Origin: Candidatus Obscuribacteraceae bacterium
GTDB taxonomy: Bacteria; Cyanobacteriota; Vampirovibrionia; Obscuribacterales; Obscuribacteraceae
DNA: 64,000 nucleotides
Assembly (NCBI GenBank): GCA_044229845.1
Contig: JBGASG010000001.1
Location: 1 to 64,000, forward strand
Direction of reading: 5' to 3'
Shown: positions 21,845 to 34,645 of the stretch, piece after piece
Numbering within the stretch: the stretch's first letter is position 1
How the letters are laid out: each line of letters begins with the position of its first letter
The notes under the pieces: generated by a model
The model's database searches: none
Told to the model about the DNA's origin: nothing
The model's input: the letters and a program-made list of their open reading frames with translations, nothing else
Position numbers and translations under genes: made by a program

Positions 21845-23725
<1,881 letters not shown>

Positions 23726-23730
23726 TTACT

Positions 23731-26700
23731 TTAAAAGTCGTCGTCAGCGGCTTCGTCGTCCATGTCCATGTCGTCGCCGGCTTCGGCATCTGATGATGAT
23801 TCAGACTCGGTTTCGGAATCGGAGACTGTCGCGGCCGGGCTGGCTGCGCCAACCACGAGCGGCAGACCTTCCTCGCCGTCATCGGCGCCGTCGTCGGCTC
23901 CGTCGTCGCCTTCGTCGTCACCACCGCCGCCGCCGCTTTCGCGCAGGGCAATCGGGGCGCCGCCGCCAGGCATGACAGCTTGACCGGCCAGTTCGTTGAG
24001 CTCGGCTTCCAGACCGATTTCGCCGAACGGGCTCATGCGTTTGCTGCCGCGTTGACGCGGTTCTTCCACTTCGGCCATCAGGTCGACTTCCAGTTCGCCA
24101 CCATCTCTGGTGCGTTTGGCCACCGACACATCAAGACCGATAGATTGCAGTTCGCGGACCAGCACCTTGAACGACTCGGGGATACCCGGACGTCTCAGGT
24201 TTTCGCCTTTAACAATCGCTTCGTAGGCTTTCGAGCGGCCGTTGACGTCATCGGATTTGATGGTCAGCATCTCTTGCAGCGTGTAGGCGGCGCCAAACGC
24301 TTCCAGAGCCCAGCATTCCATTTCTCCCAGACGCTGTCCGCCGAATTGAGCCTTACCGCCCAACGGCTGTTGGGTGACCAGGCTGTACGGTCCGGTCGAA
24401 CGAGCGTGAATCTTGTCGTCGACCAGGTGGACCAGTTTCATCATATAGATCTGTCCGACCGTGACAGCCATATCGAATGCATCGCCGGTGCGGCCGTCGT
24501 AGAGCGTCACCTTACCGTCGTTGCCGACCCATTCGACACTGGTCGCTTTCTTGCCGGTGGTGATCTCTTTGTGCACGAGGGCGTTTGAAGCTTCGCGCTC
24601 GAACATTTCATCGAACGGAGGAACTTCGTAGCGGTGCTCGGTCAGCATGGCTGCCAGACCCAGCAACGTCTCGTAAGTTTGTCCGACGTTCATACGGCTG
24701 GGCACGCCGAGTGGATTCAAAACGATGTCCACAGGTGTGCCGTCCGGCAGGAACGGCATGTCTTCTTGCGGAAGGATCTTGGCGACGATGCCTTTGTTGC
24801 CGTGGCGTCCCGCCACTTTGTCGCCCACCGAGATCTTGCGCTTTTGAGCGATGTAGACGCGGACGACCTTGTTGGCCACCGGCGGCAGTTCATCACCTTT
24901 CTCACGGTCAAAGACTTTCACGTCGACGACGCGGCCGCCTTCGCCGTGCGGAACGCGCAGCGAGTTGTCGCGAACGTCGCGGGCCTTTTCACCGAATATA
25001 GCGCGCAACAGTTTTTCTTCCGGTGGGTGTTCGGATTCACCTTTCGGGGTGATCTTGCCGACCAGAATGTCATCCGGATAAACGCGCGATCCGATGCGGA
25101 CGATACCGCTCTCATCCAAGTGACGCAGCGACTCTTCCGAGACGTTCGGCACTTCGCGAGTGATTTCTTCCGGACCCAGTTTTGTCGAACGAGCATCGAT
25201 TTCCAGTTTTTCAATGTGAATCGAAGTCATCACATCGTCGTAAACCAGACGCTGGCTGATCAAGATGGCGTCTTCGAAGTTGTAGCCTTCCCAGGGCATG
25301 AAGGCCACCAGGATGTTGCGACCCACAGCCAGTTCGCCGGTATTGGTGGCAGCACCATCGGCGATGACTTGCCCTGGCTTGACCGTGTCGCCGACTTTGA
25401 CGTTCGGCTTCTGGTTCAAGCAGGTGTCCTGGTTGGAGCGCTGGAATTTGGCCAGTTTGAATTTGACCAGACGGTCTTTGGTGCGCACGCGAATTTCATT
25501 CGCGCTCACATATTCCACTTTGCCTTCGATCTCGGAGACCACCACCATACCGGAGTCACGGGCGGCATGCTTTTCGATGCCGGTGGTGACAATCGCGCGC
25601 TCGGTTTTGATCAGCGGTACCGATTGACGTTGCATGTTCGAACCCATCAAGGCGCGGTTTGCATCGTCGTGCTCAATAAAAGGAATAAGAGCGGTTCCGA
25701 CCGAAATGATCTGAATAGGCGACACTCCGACGTAGTCAACTTGATCTGGTGCGGTTTCAAGGAACTCTGCCTTGTAGCGAACCGGGATCAGCTCGTGAGC
25801 GAATTGCCCCTTGTCGTTCATCGGCACATCGCCGGGAGCGACACGATACCGATCTTCTTCATCAGCGGTCAGGTAATGAACATCTTCAGTAACCAGTCCG
25901 CCGAGAACGCGGCGATATGGTGTTTCGATGAAGCCATACTCATTGACGCGTGCGTGTGTCGCCAGCGATCCAATAAGACCGGCGTTGGGACCTTCAGGTG
26001 TTTCTACCGGGCAGATGCGTCCGTAATGCGACGGGTGAATGTCGCGCACCGCGAATCCAGCGCGCTCGCGAGAGAGACCGCCGGGACCCAGTGCCGAGAT
26101 ACGGCGTTTGTGCGTCAGTTCTGCCAGTGGGTTGGTTTGATCCATGAACTGCGATAGTTGCGATGAACCAAAGAACTCACGGATAGCAGCGACGAGCGGT
26201 TTGGTGTTGAGCAGGTTGGCTGGAGTCAACGTATCGGCGTCTTGCAACGTCATTCTTTCTTTGACGATGCGCTCGAGACGCGACAAGCCGATGCGGAACT
26301 GGTTTTGCAAAAGTTCGCCCACTGATCTGATGCGACGGTTGCCGAGGTGATCGATGTCGTCGACTTGACCTTCGTCGTAGTGCAGGGCGATCAAGTAATC
26401 GACTGCCGCGACGATGTCTTCGCGAGTGAGGGTGCGTTGCGCTTCCGGAACCGAGAGGCTGAGCTTCTTGTTGAGTTTGTAGCGGCCGACCTTACCGAGG
26501 TCATAACGCTTGTCGTCGAAGAAGCGGCTTTCCAGAATGGTTTGACCGCCGGCAACCGACGGCGGATCGCCGGGACGCAGTTTGCGGTACACCTCGATCA
26601 AGGCTTCCTCTTTGGTCTTGGTGTTGTCTTTGTCGAGCGTCTTCTTCAGGAAGTCGCGGTGACGGAATAGACCTTCCATCTCGGTGTCCGAGTAACCGAG

Positions 26701-27300
26701 AGCGCGAATCAGTGTCGACGCGAGAAGCTTTCTGTTCTTGTCGATCTTGACGTAGATAACATCGTTGGTGTCGGTTTCGAACTTGAGCCAGGCACCACGG
26801 TTGGGAATGAGGGTGGCGCTGAACGTGCGCTTACCGTTGGTATCTACTTCGCGTTTGTAGTAGATGCCCGGGCTGCGGACGATCTGCGAGACGATGACGC
26901 GCTCGGCGCCGTTGATGATGAACGTACCGCGGTCCGTCATCATCGGGATATCGCCGACGTAAATCTCTTGCTCTTTGATTTCACCGAGTTCGCGGTTTAC
27001 GAGGCGCATCTGGATGCGCAGCTTCTTCGTGAAGCTGGCGTCCATCGAGCGCGCCTCATCGGGCGTCTTCGGTTTGTTTTGTTCTGTGTGATCATCGAAC
27101 GTGTAGGTCGGCAGGAAGTGCAACTCGAGCCGTCCGGTGTAGTCCTTGATCGGGCTGAAGGCGCGAAGCTCTTCACCCAGACCCTCATCGATGAACCATT
27201 TGAACGAACTCTTCTGGATTTCCGCGAGATCGGGGAGATTTGCGAAGCGGGAGCTACCGACTCCGAAAGTCCGGACGCGGTCAGGAACTTGTAAAGCCAT
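23731..27300 (-). CDS. rpoB: RNA polymerase beta subunit
   Basis: Motifs [33 protein letters not shown] and GGQRLGEME. Acidic C-terminal tail. Confidence 0.99.
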   Translation of the reverse strand: MALQVPDRVRTFGVGSSRFANLPDLAEIQKSSFKWFIDEGLGEELRAFSPIKDYTGRLELHFLPTYTFDDHTEQNKPKTPDEARSMDASFTKKLRIQMRLVNRELGEIKEQEIYVGDIPMMTDRGTFIINGAERVIVSQIVRSPGIYYKREVDTNGKRTFSATLIPNRGAWLKFETDTNDVIYVKIDKNRKLLASTLIRALGYSDTEMEGLFRHRDFLKKTLDKDNTKTKEEALIEVYRKLRPGDPPSVAGGQTILESRFFDDKRYDLGKVGRYKLNKKLSLSVPEAQRTLTREDIVAAVDYLIALHYDEGQVDDIDHLGNRRIRSVGELLQNQFRIGLSRLERIVKERMTLQDADTLTPANLLNTKPLVAAIREFFGSSQLSQFMDQTNPLAELTHKRRISALGPGGLSRERAGFAVRDIHPSHYGRICPVETPEGPNAGLIGSLATHARVNEYGFIETPYRRVLGGLVTEDVHYLTADEEDRYRVAPGDVPMNDKGQFAHELIPVRYKAEFLETAPDQVDYVGVSPIQIISVGTALIPFIEHDDANRALMGSNMQRQSVPLIKTERAIVTTGIEKHAARDSGMVVVSEIEGKVEYVSANEIRVRTKDRLVKFKLAKFQRSNQDTCLNQKPNVKVGDTVKPGQVIADGAATNTGELAVGRNILVAFMPWEGYNFEDAILISQRLVYDDVMTSIHIEKLEIDARSTKLGPEEITREVPNVSEESLRHLDESGIVRIGSRVYPDDILVGKITPKGESEHPPEEKLLRAIFGEKARDVRDNSLRVPHGEGGRVVDVKVFDREKGDELPPVANKVVRVYIAQKRKISVGDKVAGRHGNKGIVAKILPQEDMPFLPDGTPVDIVLNPLGVPSRMNVGQTYETLLGLAAMLTEHRYEVPPFDEMFEREASNALVHKEITTGKKATSVEWVGNDGKVTLYDGRTGDAFDMAVTVGQIYMMKLVHLVDDKIHARSTGPYSLVTQQPLGGKAQFGGQRLGEMECWALEAFGAAYTLQEMLTIKSDDVNGRSKAYEAIVKGENLRRPGIPESFKVLVRELQSIGLDVSVAKRTRDGGELEVDLMAEVEEPRQRGSKRMSPFGEIGLEAELNELAGQAVMPGGGAPIALRESGGGGGDDEGDDGADDGADDGEEGLPLVVGAASPAATVSDSETESESSSDAEAGDDMDMDDEAADDDF

Positions 27301-27914
27301 TTAGTACCTCGGAAAACTGCGTGGCTGCGGCGAAACGCTGAACTGTAGACTTGGACAGGTGACGAAATATCGTATCACTTAGGGATATTTGGAATATTCA
27401 TTTGTTGTGGGAAAACGGGGTGATCGGTCGGCGACCGGATTAAAGGTTTGCCAGAAACGCAAAAAGCCCCGTCGCGTGAGCGATTTGGAGAAATTAAATG
27501 CCTTTAAGCAGGCTTCTAGCATCTTAACGCAAACGGGGCAAATTTTGCCAAGCCCTTAATCAAAAGTAACGCACCGAACGCCGGAAGCTCGACGGGAAGC
27601 CGGTTCCGGCGGTTTGTTCTCGCTTACTCCGCGGCGCCGCCTGAGCGCCGCTTAAACAGCGGCGACCGGTGATTTCGCCTTGCATCGCCATCTGCAGTTT
27701 TCTCTGCCAAGCCGCATCGGTAGCCATTCATGGTTGTTTGACCTCGAATGCGATCATCATTAACAACTCCATAATCTTTTCCGTTCAAATCGCGCAATCT
27801 CACACCCCACTTGTTGGAATCTGTCTGAAAAGTCGGTGTTTTGGGATAGATACATATGTCCCCTCAGGACTAAAAGTCCCGCTCTTCCCCGTTTGTACTT
27901 CGGCGTGCGGCTCG

Positions 27915-30900
27915 ATGTCGAACACTTCAAACAAACTGCTCCTGGATGGTGGCTCAAAAGAGCCTCCTAAACCGAACCAGCCGGGCGGAACGTCCACGGA
28001 TGCTGCTTCCGCGCCCAGCACCGCCGACGAAGAGGAAAGGCTTCGCAACTGGAATTTGCTGGGCGTCGCTGCTCCAGACTTCAAGCCGCTCTCCGAAATG
28101 GTGACCCCGCTGGGACAAGTTGCGGGCTCGCGGAGCGTCACTGAGTTGGCGCGGAGCACGCAGAACGCGGGCGAAAATACTGCCAATCTGGCTTCGCTGA
28201 CTATTACACAGGCGCAGTCACAAGCCGCCAAAGGCTCAGACGGCGTCGGGGCTCCGGCCCCCACTACCGGCAATGATCAAAGCGATCCGCGCAACGCCAA
28301 AGATCGCTGGTTCGACGACTCCAAGTACCGCCCCGCATCCACCACGGATGGACAGTCCGTCCTGCAAACTGCAGGCGGGGAAGCCGGTATCGTCAACCAG
28401 GCACCGCCGCAAGGCGCAGCCGGGCAGGAGATTCGCCCCCTGCAGCAAACCGGGGCGGGGCAACCAGAGGTCCAGCCTGTTGAGCAAACCGGTTTTGGAC
28501 AGCAAGGAGTCCATCCAGTTCCGAAAGTCGGCAGCGGACAGCTGGAGGCTCCACAACAAGTGCCGCAAACGGGAGCAGTTCAGCTGGACTCCCAACCGTC
28601 CGCCGCACGCAGCGGCGGGTTTGCACCGCCATTTACCGATAATGCCCCCGCTGTAGTGGAGCCGACGGTTATCCAGAAACCTGCAGGCGAAGAAATGAGA
28701 CCGCCGGCAGAGCAAGTCAGACCTCCCGCCGATCAAGTCAGCCAACCCGTCGACAAAATCACTACCTCGACCGCGCTGGATACAGGCTTGGCTCCAACAT
28801 TTGTGGCGCCCGACCGGGGACTGGTCACTACCCCTCCTGACCGATTGGTGGCGCCCCTTCTGCCGCCTAAATCGCAGTCGGACATCATTCCTCCTCAACT
28901 GAGCGATAGAACCTTCTCAGCGGGTCGTTCGTTGTCTGTTGACTCCAAGGACATGCTGACGCCGTGGCGCGTCCCGGTCACAAACGATGCCGGTGTGCCG
29001 CGTACTGCAGTCAAGTCTGAACTGTCACCGGCCCTCACTCTCGGTGCGGTGCAAACTCGCCCGGCGGTGGATGCGGTGCTGCCTGTCAAAATCCCCGTCA
29101 AGGACGCAGCGCTGAAGCCTACAGATTTGAAAGGCGCTGAGACGGTGTTGCCGTCTCGTCTCACTCTCTCGACCTTCTCACTCGCAATTAAAGCTGGTGA
29201 GCTGCGCGCCCCGCTGCTTACTGATACGCGCAAACCGACTTCCGTCTCTCTTATCGATCGTGCACCACAGGTGGTGCGCCCGGAAATCAAATCCGGTACA
29301 CCGCGCACACTGGTTGCCAACGCGCTCACGGTGAACGATCGCACCGATCGAGTCAAACCTGTCGTGATCAAGGCGGAATCCGCCGCGGTCAGGGTTGATG
29401 CGGGCAAGCCGGTTGGGAATCGCGTCGATACTTGGCTTGACACTCGTCAATCTGCGTTGCGTGCGGAGAAAACAATTCCTGTCCTTGTCGCTCCTGCTAA
29501 AACTGTTCGCCTTGATGCCACCCGATCGCCGACCGAGCGGCTCGGCATGAAACCGGCATTGACGGCAGGCGAGCGCCCGGTTGCTCTGCGTTCCGATCAC
29601 TTGATTGCGGCGAACAAAGTTGGGAGCAAAGCTATCAACATCAGCGCGGCGCGTGCGGATCTGTTGATCGCCAAGCCGAATGGAGTAAAGTCAGAAACTG
29701 CGCACGCTGAGCGTTTTATCGTGAAACCTTTTTCAGCGCTCAAATCAGATCGACCCGTCGTTCGCGCCGATCGACAGGTGGTGGTGAAACCGGAGTCGCT
29801 GCGCGACGACCGCTTGGTCGTGAAACCTGTAGCGCTTAAAGCCGATAAGTCAGTAGTGCGCGCTGATAGCCCGGTGGTGAAGCCATCCATCACCCGTGCC
29901 GATGTATCGCGCTCTGATCGCCCGATAGTAAAACCGGCTCTGCGACCCGATGTACTGCGTCCCGATCGCCCGATTCCATCTCGTGATTTCGGAGCGCGCA
30001 ACCTGCTGCCGGTTAAGGCGGAAGCTGTGCGGGCGCTCAAGCTTGATGCGGCGAGGTTGCAGCCGACGCAGAACCTCAAGAACATCAGACCTGAGCGGCA
30101 AATCTGCCGCACTGATTCGCCGCTCACCAATCGCACATTCAAGGCAACTCATCGCGACACAGACCGCAAAGACCGCAACGACCGCACCAATGCACGAGCC
30201 GCGCGGGAACACAGCCAGTCCCGTGAATTCAAGGCGACAGTCAAGGTTTATGAGCGTCATGAGCGTGCCCAGTTCTCAATTCATTTGAAAGCCAATCTGC
30301 TCGGCAGTCGCACTGATGGGCGCGCTGAAGGGCGAGTCGAGGCGCCGAGATTCGCGGTCTCCGCCGGGGAAAATCAGACCCAGAAGGGCATCAAGTTCGG
30401 CGAGATTCGTCGCAGTTTGTCCGATCGCAACAAAGTCCTGGCGCGCGAGGGAGAGGAGAGATCGCTTGCCAGTTCCATCGAGCAGCGCTTGCTGGCAGCG
30501 CGCATGGATTACCTGGTACAGGCTATCGAAGAGCGCTCTTGCGCCGAAGACCGATATCTCACCTCGCTGGAACTCTTGCTTGGCTGCCTGCTGACCATGG
30601 CTGCCGTCGGCAAGCGCTCGGAAAGGTCTATTGCACCACGCGGTCAGGACATCGATGCCGCTACGACACTGGTCCTCAAGGACGCGGAAGACGCTCTGCG
30701 TGACGGCAAGCTTCGTATCGAATCCGAGCAAGTACAACAGGATGCCTCAGGTAAAGTGCTGCAGCGGCCGATCCATATGATGGCTCGTGGCGATACGCTC
30801 ACCGGTCTGGCGGAGCAATATTTCGGTGACGAGCGACTGGGCTGGTTGATTCTCGAACTGAACGCCGGCAAATTGAGACCTCAATGGAATGGCGATACCT

Positions 30901-31127
30901 GCCTCACCGAAGCCACTGAACGCTTACGCATCGAGTTGCCGGTCAGCCAGGATATTCAGGACTTCCGCAGCAATTCGATTTCTCGCTATGCGGGTAAACG
31001 GCTCTTGACCTACGTGCGCGAAAGCGGCATCGACCGCGAGCTGACGCTGTCCAGCTTTAAGAATAGCCTGTCTTCTGGTTCTAAGCGCGGTTGGAGGATG
31101 ACGGTGATGCAGGCGCAATCGACATAA
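27915..31127 (+). CDS. Large low-complexity protein with C-terminal LysM-like domain
   Basis: Pro/Gln-rich then Arg/Lys-rich repetitive regions, with C-terminal HMMARGDTLTGLAEQYFGDERLGWLILELN. Start chosen at MSNTSNK and is uncertain. Confidence 0.7.
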   Translation: MSNTSNKLLLDGGSKEPPKPNQPGGTSTDAASAPSTADEEERLRNWNLLGVAAPDFKPLSEMVTPLGQVAGSRSVTELARSTQNAGENTANLASLTITQAQSQAAKGSDGVGAPAPTTGNDQSDPRNAKDRWFDDSKYRPASTTDGQSVLQTAGGEAGIVNQAPPQGAAGQEIRPLQQTGAGQPEVQPVEQTGFGQQGVHPVPKVGSGQLEAPQQVPQTGAVQLDSQPSAARSGGFAPPFTDNAPAVVEPTVIQKPAGEEMRPPAEQVRPPADQVSQPVDKITTSTALDTGLAPTFVAPDRGLVTTPPDRLVAPLLPPKSQSDIIPPQLSDRTFSAGRSLSVDSKDMLTPWRVPVTNDAGVPRTAVKSELSPALTLGAVQTRPAVDAVLPVKIPVKDAALKPTDLKGAETVLPSRLTLSTFSLAIKAGELRAPLLTDTRKPTSVSLIDRAPQVVRPEIKSGTPRTLVANALTVNDRTDRVKPVVIKAESAAVRVDAGKPVGNRVDTWLDTRQSALRAEKTIPVLVAPAKTVRLDATRSPTERLGMKPALTAGERPVALRSDHLIAANKVGSKAINISAARADLLIAKPNGVKSETAHAERFIVKPFSALKSDRPVVRADRQVVVKPESLRDDRLVVKPVALKADKSVVRADSPVVKPSITRADVSRSDRPIVKPALRPDVLRPDRPIPSRDFGARNLLPVKAEAVRALKLDAARLQPTQNLKNIRPERQICRTDSPLTNRTFKATHRDTDRKDRNDRTNARAAREHSQSREFKATVKVYERHERAQFSIHLKANLLGSRTDGRAEGRVEAPRFAVSAGENQTQKGIKFGEIRRSLSDRNKVLAREGEERSLASSIEQRLLAARMDYLVQAIEERSCAEDRYLTSLELLLGCLLTMAAVGKRSERSIAPRGQDIDAATTLVLKDAEDALRDGKLRIESEQVQQDASGKVLQRPIHMMARGDTLTGLAEQYFGDERLGWLILELNAGKLRPQWNGDTCLTEATERLRIELPVSQDIQDFRSNSISRYAGKRLLTYVRESGIDRELTLSSFKNSLSSGSKRGWRMTVMQAQST

Positions 31128-31148
31128 GAAGATGGAGGGCAGCTCGTT

Positions 31149-31892
31149 TCATGAGCGGCGATACGCCAGGTCTTCCCACCATTCCAGCAATTCTTTATCC
31201 GGCTGATGCAAATCTTCGGCCGTGATCAGCCCTCGGCGCAGCGCAGCGCAGACAAGTCGCGTGCGCAAGTTGATCACTTCGATGCCGACTTCCAGCTCTC
31301 GATATTCACGATCTGTTTTGAGCAGCTTCTCCAGCAGCGTCGAGATGCGTTTTTCCACACCGCGGACACTCACGTGCCGGCGCATGGCAATAGCCCTGTC
31401 TGTGAGCCCTACAGCCACGTCCAGAAGGGTTTCGAATTCGATATCGGTAAGCGCGTGGTCGCGACTGCGAATCGCTGTTGCGACTCCGTGAACGATTGGA
31501 TCGATGAACGGCAGGTCGTCGACAGCCAGGGCCTGCAGAGCAACCGCCAGCCGATCTTCGTTGCCGCCTTTAAGGACATATCCATGGATAGCCACATCGG
31601 GCAAAATCTTGCTGATCGCCCGCACATAACCTTCATTATGGTGCTGCGACCAGAAAAGTATCTTCTGTGTCGGGTTGGTCGCCCAGATCATCTCGGCCAG
31701 CTTGATGCCGCTGATGTCCGGCATAGCGATATCCAACACGATCAACTCTGGCTGCTGCTGATTAATCAGCGGCAGAGCTTCCGTTGCCGAGGGCGCGAGA
31801 ATCACCTGCACGCCATCGCCCAGAGCTTCTGGAATGGCTCGCGACGCGTATTCGCGCAAAGCCACCAGATCTTCTACAACAACGACTTTCAT
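31149..31892 (-). CDS. NarL/LuxR-family response regulator
   Basis: Receiver domain VVVVED...LDIAMPD...GYVLK and HTH LTDIE...GLTDRAIA. ATGA overlap with the kinase stop. Confidence 0.92.
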   Translation of the reverse strand: MKVVVVEDLVALREYASRAIPEALGDGVQVILAPSATEALPLINQQQPELIVLDIAMPDISGIKLAEMIWATNPTQKILFWSQHHNEGYVRAISKILPDVAIHGYVLKGGNEDRLAVALQALAVDDLPFIDPIVHGVATAIRSRDHALTDIEFETLLDVAVGLTDRAIAMRRHVSVRGVEKRISTLLEKLLKTDREYRELEVGIEVINLRTRLVCAALRRGLITAEDLHQPDKELLEWWEDLAYRRS

Positions 31893-32866
31893 AGAGGTAC
31901 TCTCAGTTCGCAAGTGGTGCCGCGGCGATCCGCTCCATCAGTCCAGCCAACTATAGCGCCAATTACATCGGCTCGCACCATGATGAACTTCAATCCGCGA
32001 CCTGGTTGCTCGAATATCTGTCGTTCAATCCCCTTGCCGTCGTCGCTGACGCTGATGATCAGCTCTGAGTCGAGGCTGGACATTTCGAGGGTGATGGTCG
32101 ATGCCTGTGCATGCATAATGGCGTTGGTGATTGCCTCTTCGACGACGCGATAGATGACGATTGTCTCCAGTTCGTTCAACTGAGAGACGAGCTCCGGTTG
32201 CGAGCGATCTCTGAATCTGGCTTTGCATTTGGCAGCGCGGCAGGCGCGGCTGAGCATGGCATCTAAGGTATCGGTGAGCCCAATCACATTCAGCTGGGCG
32301 GGATAGAGTTTATCCATGATGTCCCGCGTCTCTGTCATTACTGCCGACAGCTTGTTAGTAATGTTGGTGAACTCTTCACGCTCAAGATTGCTCTTGTGTT
32401 TGTACAGAGCTTCTACTACTGCCTTTTGGTCGTTGAGGGCCTGATCGTGCAGGTCGGCGGCCAGCAGGTAGCGATTGACCTCATCGGATTTCAGCAACTC
32501 CAGTTGCGATGCGGCTACTTCGCGGTTTTGCCCGCTGAGCTGTTCGGCTTGTTGCACGCTGATATCGTTTCTTTCTTGAATTCTGCCGGCGATTACTCCC
32601 GCTCCCGCACCAAAGATGGTGGCGAGTGCGGGGGCGTGAAACACTGGAAGAAACATCGCGGCAGCTCCAGCTGTTCCCAGCGCTGCTGCCAGCTTCCAGT
32701 TTCTTCTCCCGACCAGGCATGAAAGCAGCCCGGCGGATGCTGTTAGAAACAAGGTCAGCCATCCTTGTTCGGCAAAGCCAACCACAGCCGAAATCACGAC
32801 CACAAACGCCGCTATCTGTGCGGTGGCGTTTTTCAGGTCTGATTCGTCAGGGGGGCGCTCGTCCAT
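31889..32866 (-). CDS. Membrane sensor histidine kinase (HisKA_3/NarX-like)
   Basis: N-terminal TM helices, H-box LAADLHDQ, N-box EEAITNAIMHA, DDGKG, and GRGL. Confidence 0.9.
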   Translation of the reverse strand: MDERPPDESDLKNATAQIAAFVVVISAVVGFAEQGWLTLFLTASAGLLSCLVGRRNWKLAAALGTAGAAAMFLPVFHAPALATIFGAGAGVIAGRIQERNDISVQQAEQLSGQNREVAASQLELLKSDEVNRYLLAADLHDQALNDQKAVVEALYKHKSNLEREEFTNITNKLSAVMTETRDIMDKLYPAQLNVIGLTDTLDAMLSRACRAAKCKARFRDRSQPELVSQLNELETIVIYRVVEEAITNAIMHAQASTITLEMSSLDSELIISVSDDGKGIERQIFEQPGRGLKFIMVRADVIGAIVGWTDGADRRGTTCELRVPL

Positions 32867-33053
32867 CCTATAAATAGTACTGCCCCGGAACGGTGTGGGA
32901 TGCCACACTTGTAGGAAGGTGCCCCAGCGCTTACCTTATAGACACACCGCACCGGATACCCGCTCCCTGAACACCAGGCGGTCAAGCCAGACGACGCAAG
33001 CTGCGGAGCTTGAGTTGCCGGCTGTTAATTAAGTCATTGTAGGAGGCGCAACA

Positions 33054-33520
33054 ATGTCACTATTCAATCATGTCAATGAGCTGGGCTTAGATGTCGTCAA
33101 AGTCGGAAAAGATGTTGCAGTCATTGGCAACGATCCAATCAACTCTCGCTGTTAGCTGTTACTACCGTAGCCGATAAGGCAACAATGCCGATCAGAGCTG
33201 GTGCTACTCAGCTGTACAACGAAAACAAACAGCTCGTCGATAGTGCCGCCAACCTGGCACAAGGCGCGGACACCAAGTCAAAGACGGCGTAGTCAACGAA
33301 GCGCAAAGGCTGGTCGCGGTTTCATCCGCACAGCACTGGCTGTGAAACAAGCTGGTGAGGCAACGATGGTGTTGTGGATGCAACGCAGACAGAAGCTGCA
33401 AGAATCGGCAATCAGATCACGCAACGGCCGATGACGACCATGCTTGAAATGGCGTTGCTCCCGCCGCTGGAGATTATTGATGCCAACCTGCGCGGCGACG
33501 CTTCCCAACAGGGTTCGTAA
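33054..33520 (+). pseudogene. Probable multiply frameshifted gene
   Basis: Strong AGGAGG RBS and ATG. Protein-like segments continue in successive frames to TAA at 33520. Confidence 0.5.
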
Positions 33521-33859
33521 GTTTCGCCCAGCCCACTGCCAGTGTCCTCGAGTACTTTAAATAGGTATGTAGGGACGACACGAGAGGACCCTGGCAACTT
33601 ACTATACGGTTTTAAACGGTTGGTTCGTGCACTCTACCCCTCCGACAGCATCTCCCGCATTGGTGCTGTCGGAGTTTCCTTTGGTGCCGGAAACAGCACA
33701 AAGCGGACGGTGAACAAACAGTGTGGGTCTCCACACCTGACAGCCGCGCGCTCAGTGCCTATAGTTTAAGAACCAGCGATTCCCACCGCCGCAAGTTCCA
33801 TCCATTTCCCTCTCACGCATTTACGTTCTGAACCGGGCTGGTTCAGGAAGGAGTTCCAC

Positions 33860-34318
33860 ATGACTGAAGTTAGTAAAGCTGGTGATGTTAACGCCGCAAC
33901 GAATCCTGTTGGCGATAGCAGCCCATGGGCAGCCGTTTCGCAGTGGGTGACCGATTCCGCAAAGCAAGGTTCCGCCACCAACTCGTCGTCTGATTCGCCC
34001 AATGGGGCAATCAAGCAAACTGAAGGCAACTTGCCGAACATCTCGATTGAAAACAGCAAAGACGGTGCACCGGGCGGCGGCGGACATTCCGCTGACGACA
34101 GTCAAGATGCACAACAGGAAGGTCAAGACGGACAGGGCAGAAAGAAACTCGAAGCCGTGCCGAAAGGAGAGGGCACCGGACAGGGTCAACAAGGAGCGCC
34201 GGGACCTCACGAAGGTCAAACGCCGAGCGGCAGCAGTGAAAAAGGTAAGCCCGGCTGCGCCGAAGAAGGCGAACAGACCGGCGGACAGGGCAATAAGCCC
34301 CATCCCACCAAGCACTAA
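33860..34318 (+). CDS. Hypothetical Gly/Gln/Ser-rich low-complexity protein
   Basis: AGGAAGGAG RBS, 152-aa ORF, followed by a hairpin. Confidence 0.65.
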   Translation: MTEVSKAGDVNAATNPVGDSSPWAAVSQWVTDSAKQGSATNSSSDSPNGAIKQTEGNLPNISIENSKDGAPGGGGHSADDSQDAQQEGQDGQGRKKLEAVPKGEGTGQGQQGAPGPHEGQTPSGSSEKGKPGCAEEGEQTGGQGNKPHPTKH

Positions 34319-34336
34319 GCCGCATACACCAATCAG

Positions 34337-34368
34337 AGAAGACAGCACCACTCATGGTGCTGTCTTCT
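34337..34368 (+). terminator. Perfect 14-bp stem-loop, probable terminator
   Basis: AGAAGACAGCACCA-ctca-TGGTGCTGTCTTCT followed by TGTTT. Confidence 0.7.
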
Positions 34369-34427
34369 TGTTTCAGATATTCGCGCCACGCTGACAACTG
34401 TTGTGCCATTACAATGGACATATCTAA

Positions 34428-34522
34428 GGGGATGCAGCGTCGCTGGTGTGGTGCTCGGTCTTCAAAACCGTTGTGGGGCAGTCAGTGCTGTCCTTGGTGG
34501 GTTCGATTCCTACGCATCCCCG
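34428..34522 (+). tRNA. selC: tRNA-Sec (anticodon TCA)
   Basis: 8-bp acceptor stem GGGGATGC/GCATCCCC, 6-bp D stem with 4-nt loop TGGT, anticodon loop CTTCAAA, long variable arm, 5-bp T stem with TTCGATT loop, G discriminator. CCA is not encoded. Confidence 0.95.
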
Positions 34523-34573
34523 CCTCTTTACTGTAAAGTGCGTTTTTTCTCAGACAGTGGTGGCAATTAAGGC

Positions 34574-34601
34574 TTTACAAACGATCTAAAGCGCATATAA
34601 T
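34574..34601 (+). promoter_or_regulatory. Sigma70-type promoter for the recombinase gene
   Basis: TTTACA-N16-TATAAT. Confidence 0.55.
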
Positions 34602-34645
34602 GTTTGCGATATCTGACGCCCTCGGGCCTAGAAAGTAGATGCCGC

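Noticed and set aside
34588..34615. dif-like sequence GCGCATATAATGT near xerC
   Set aside because: There is no XerD-arm match, and it is better explained as a -10 box.
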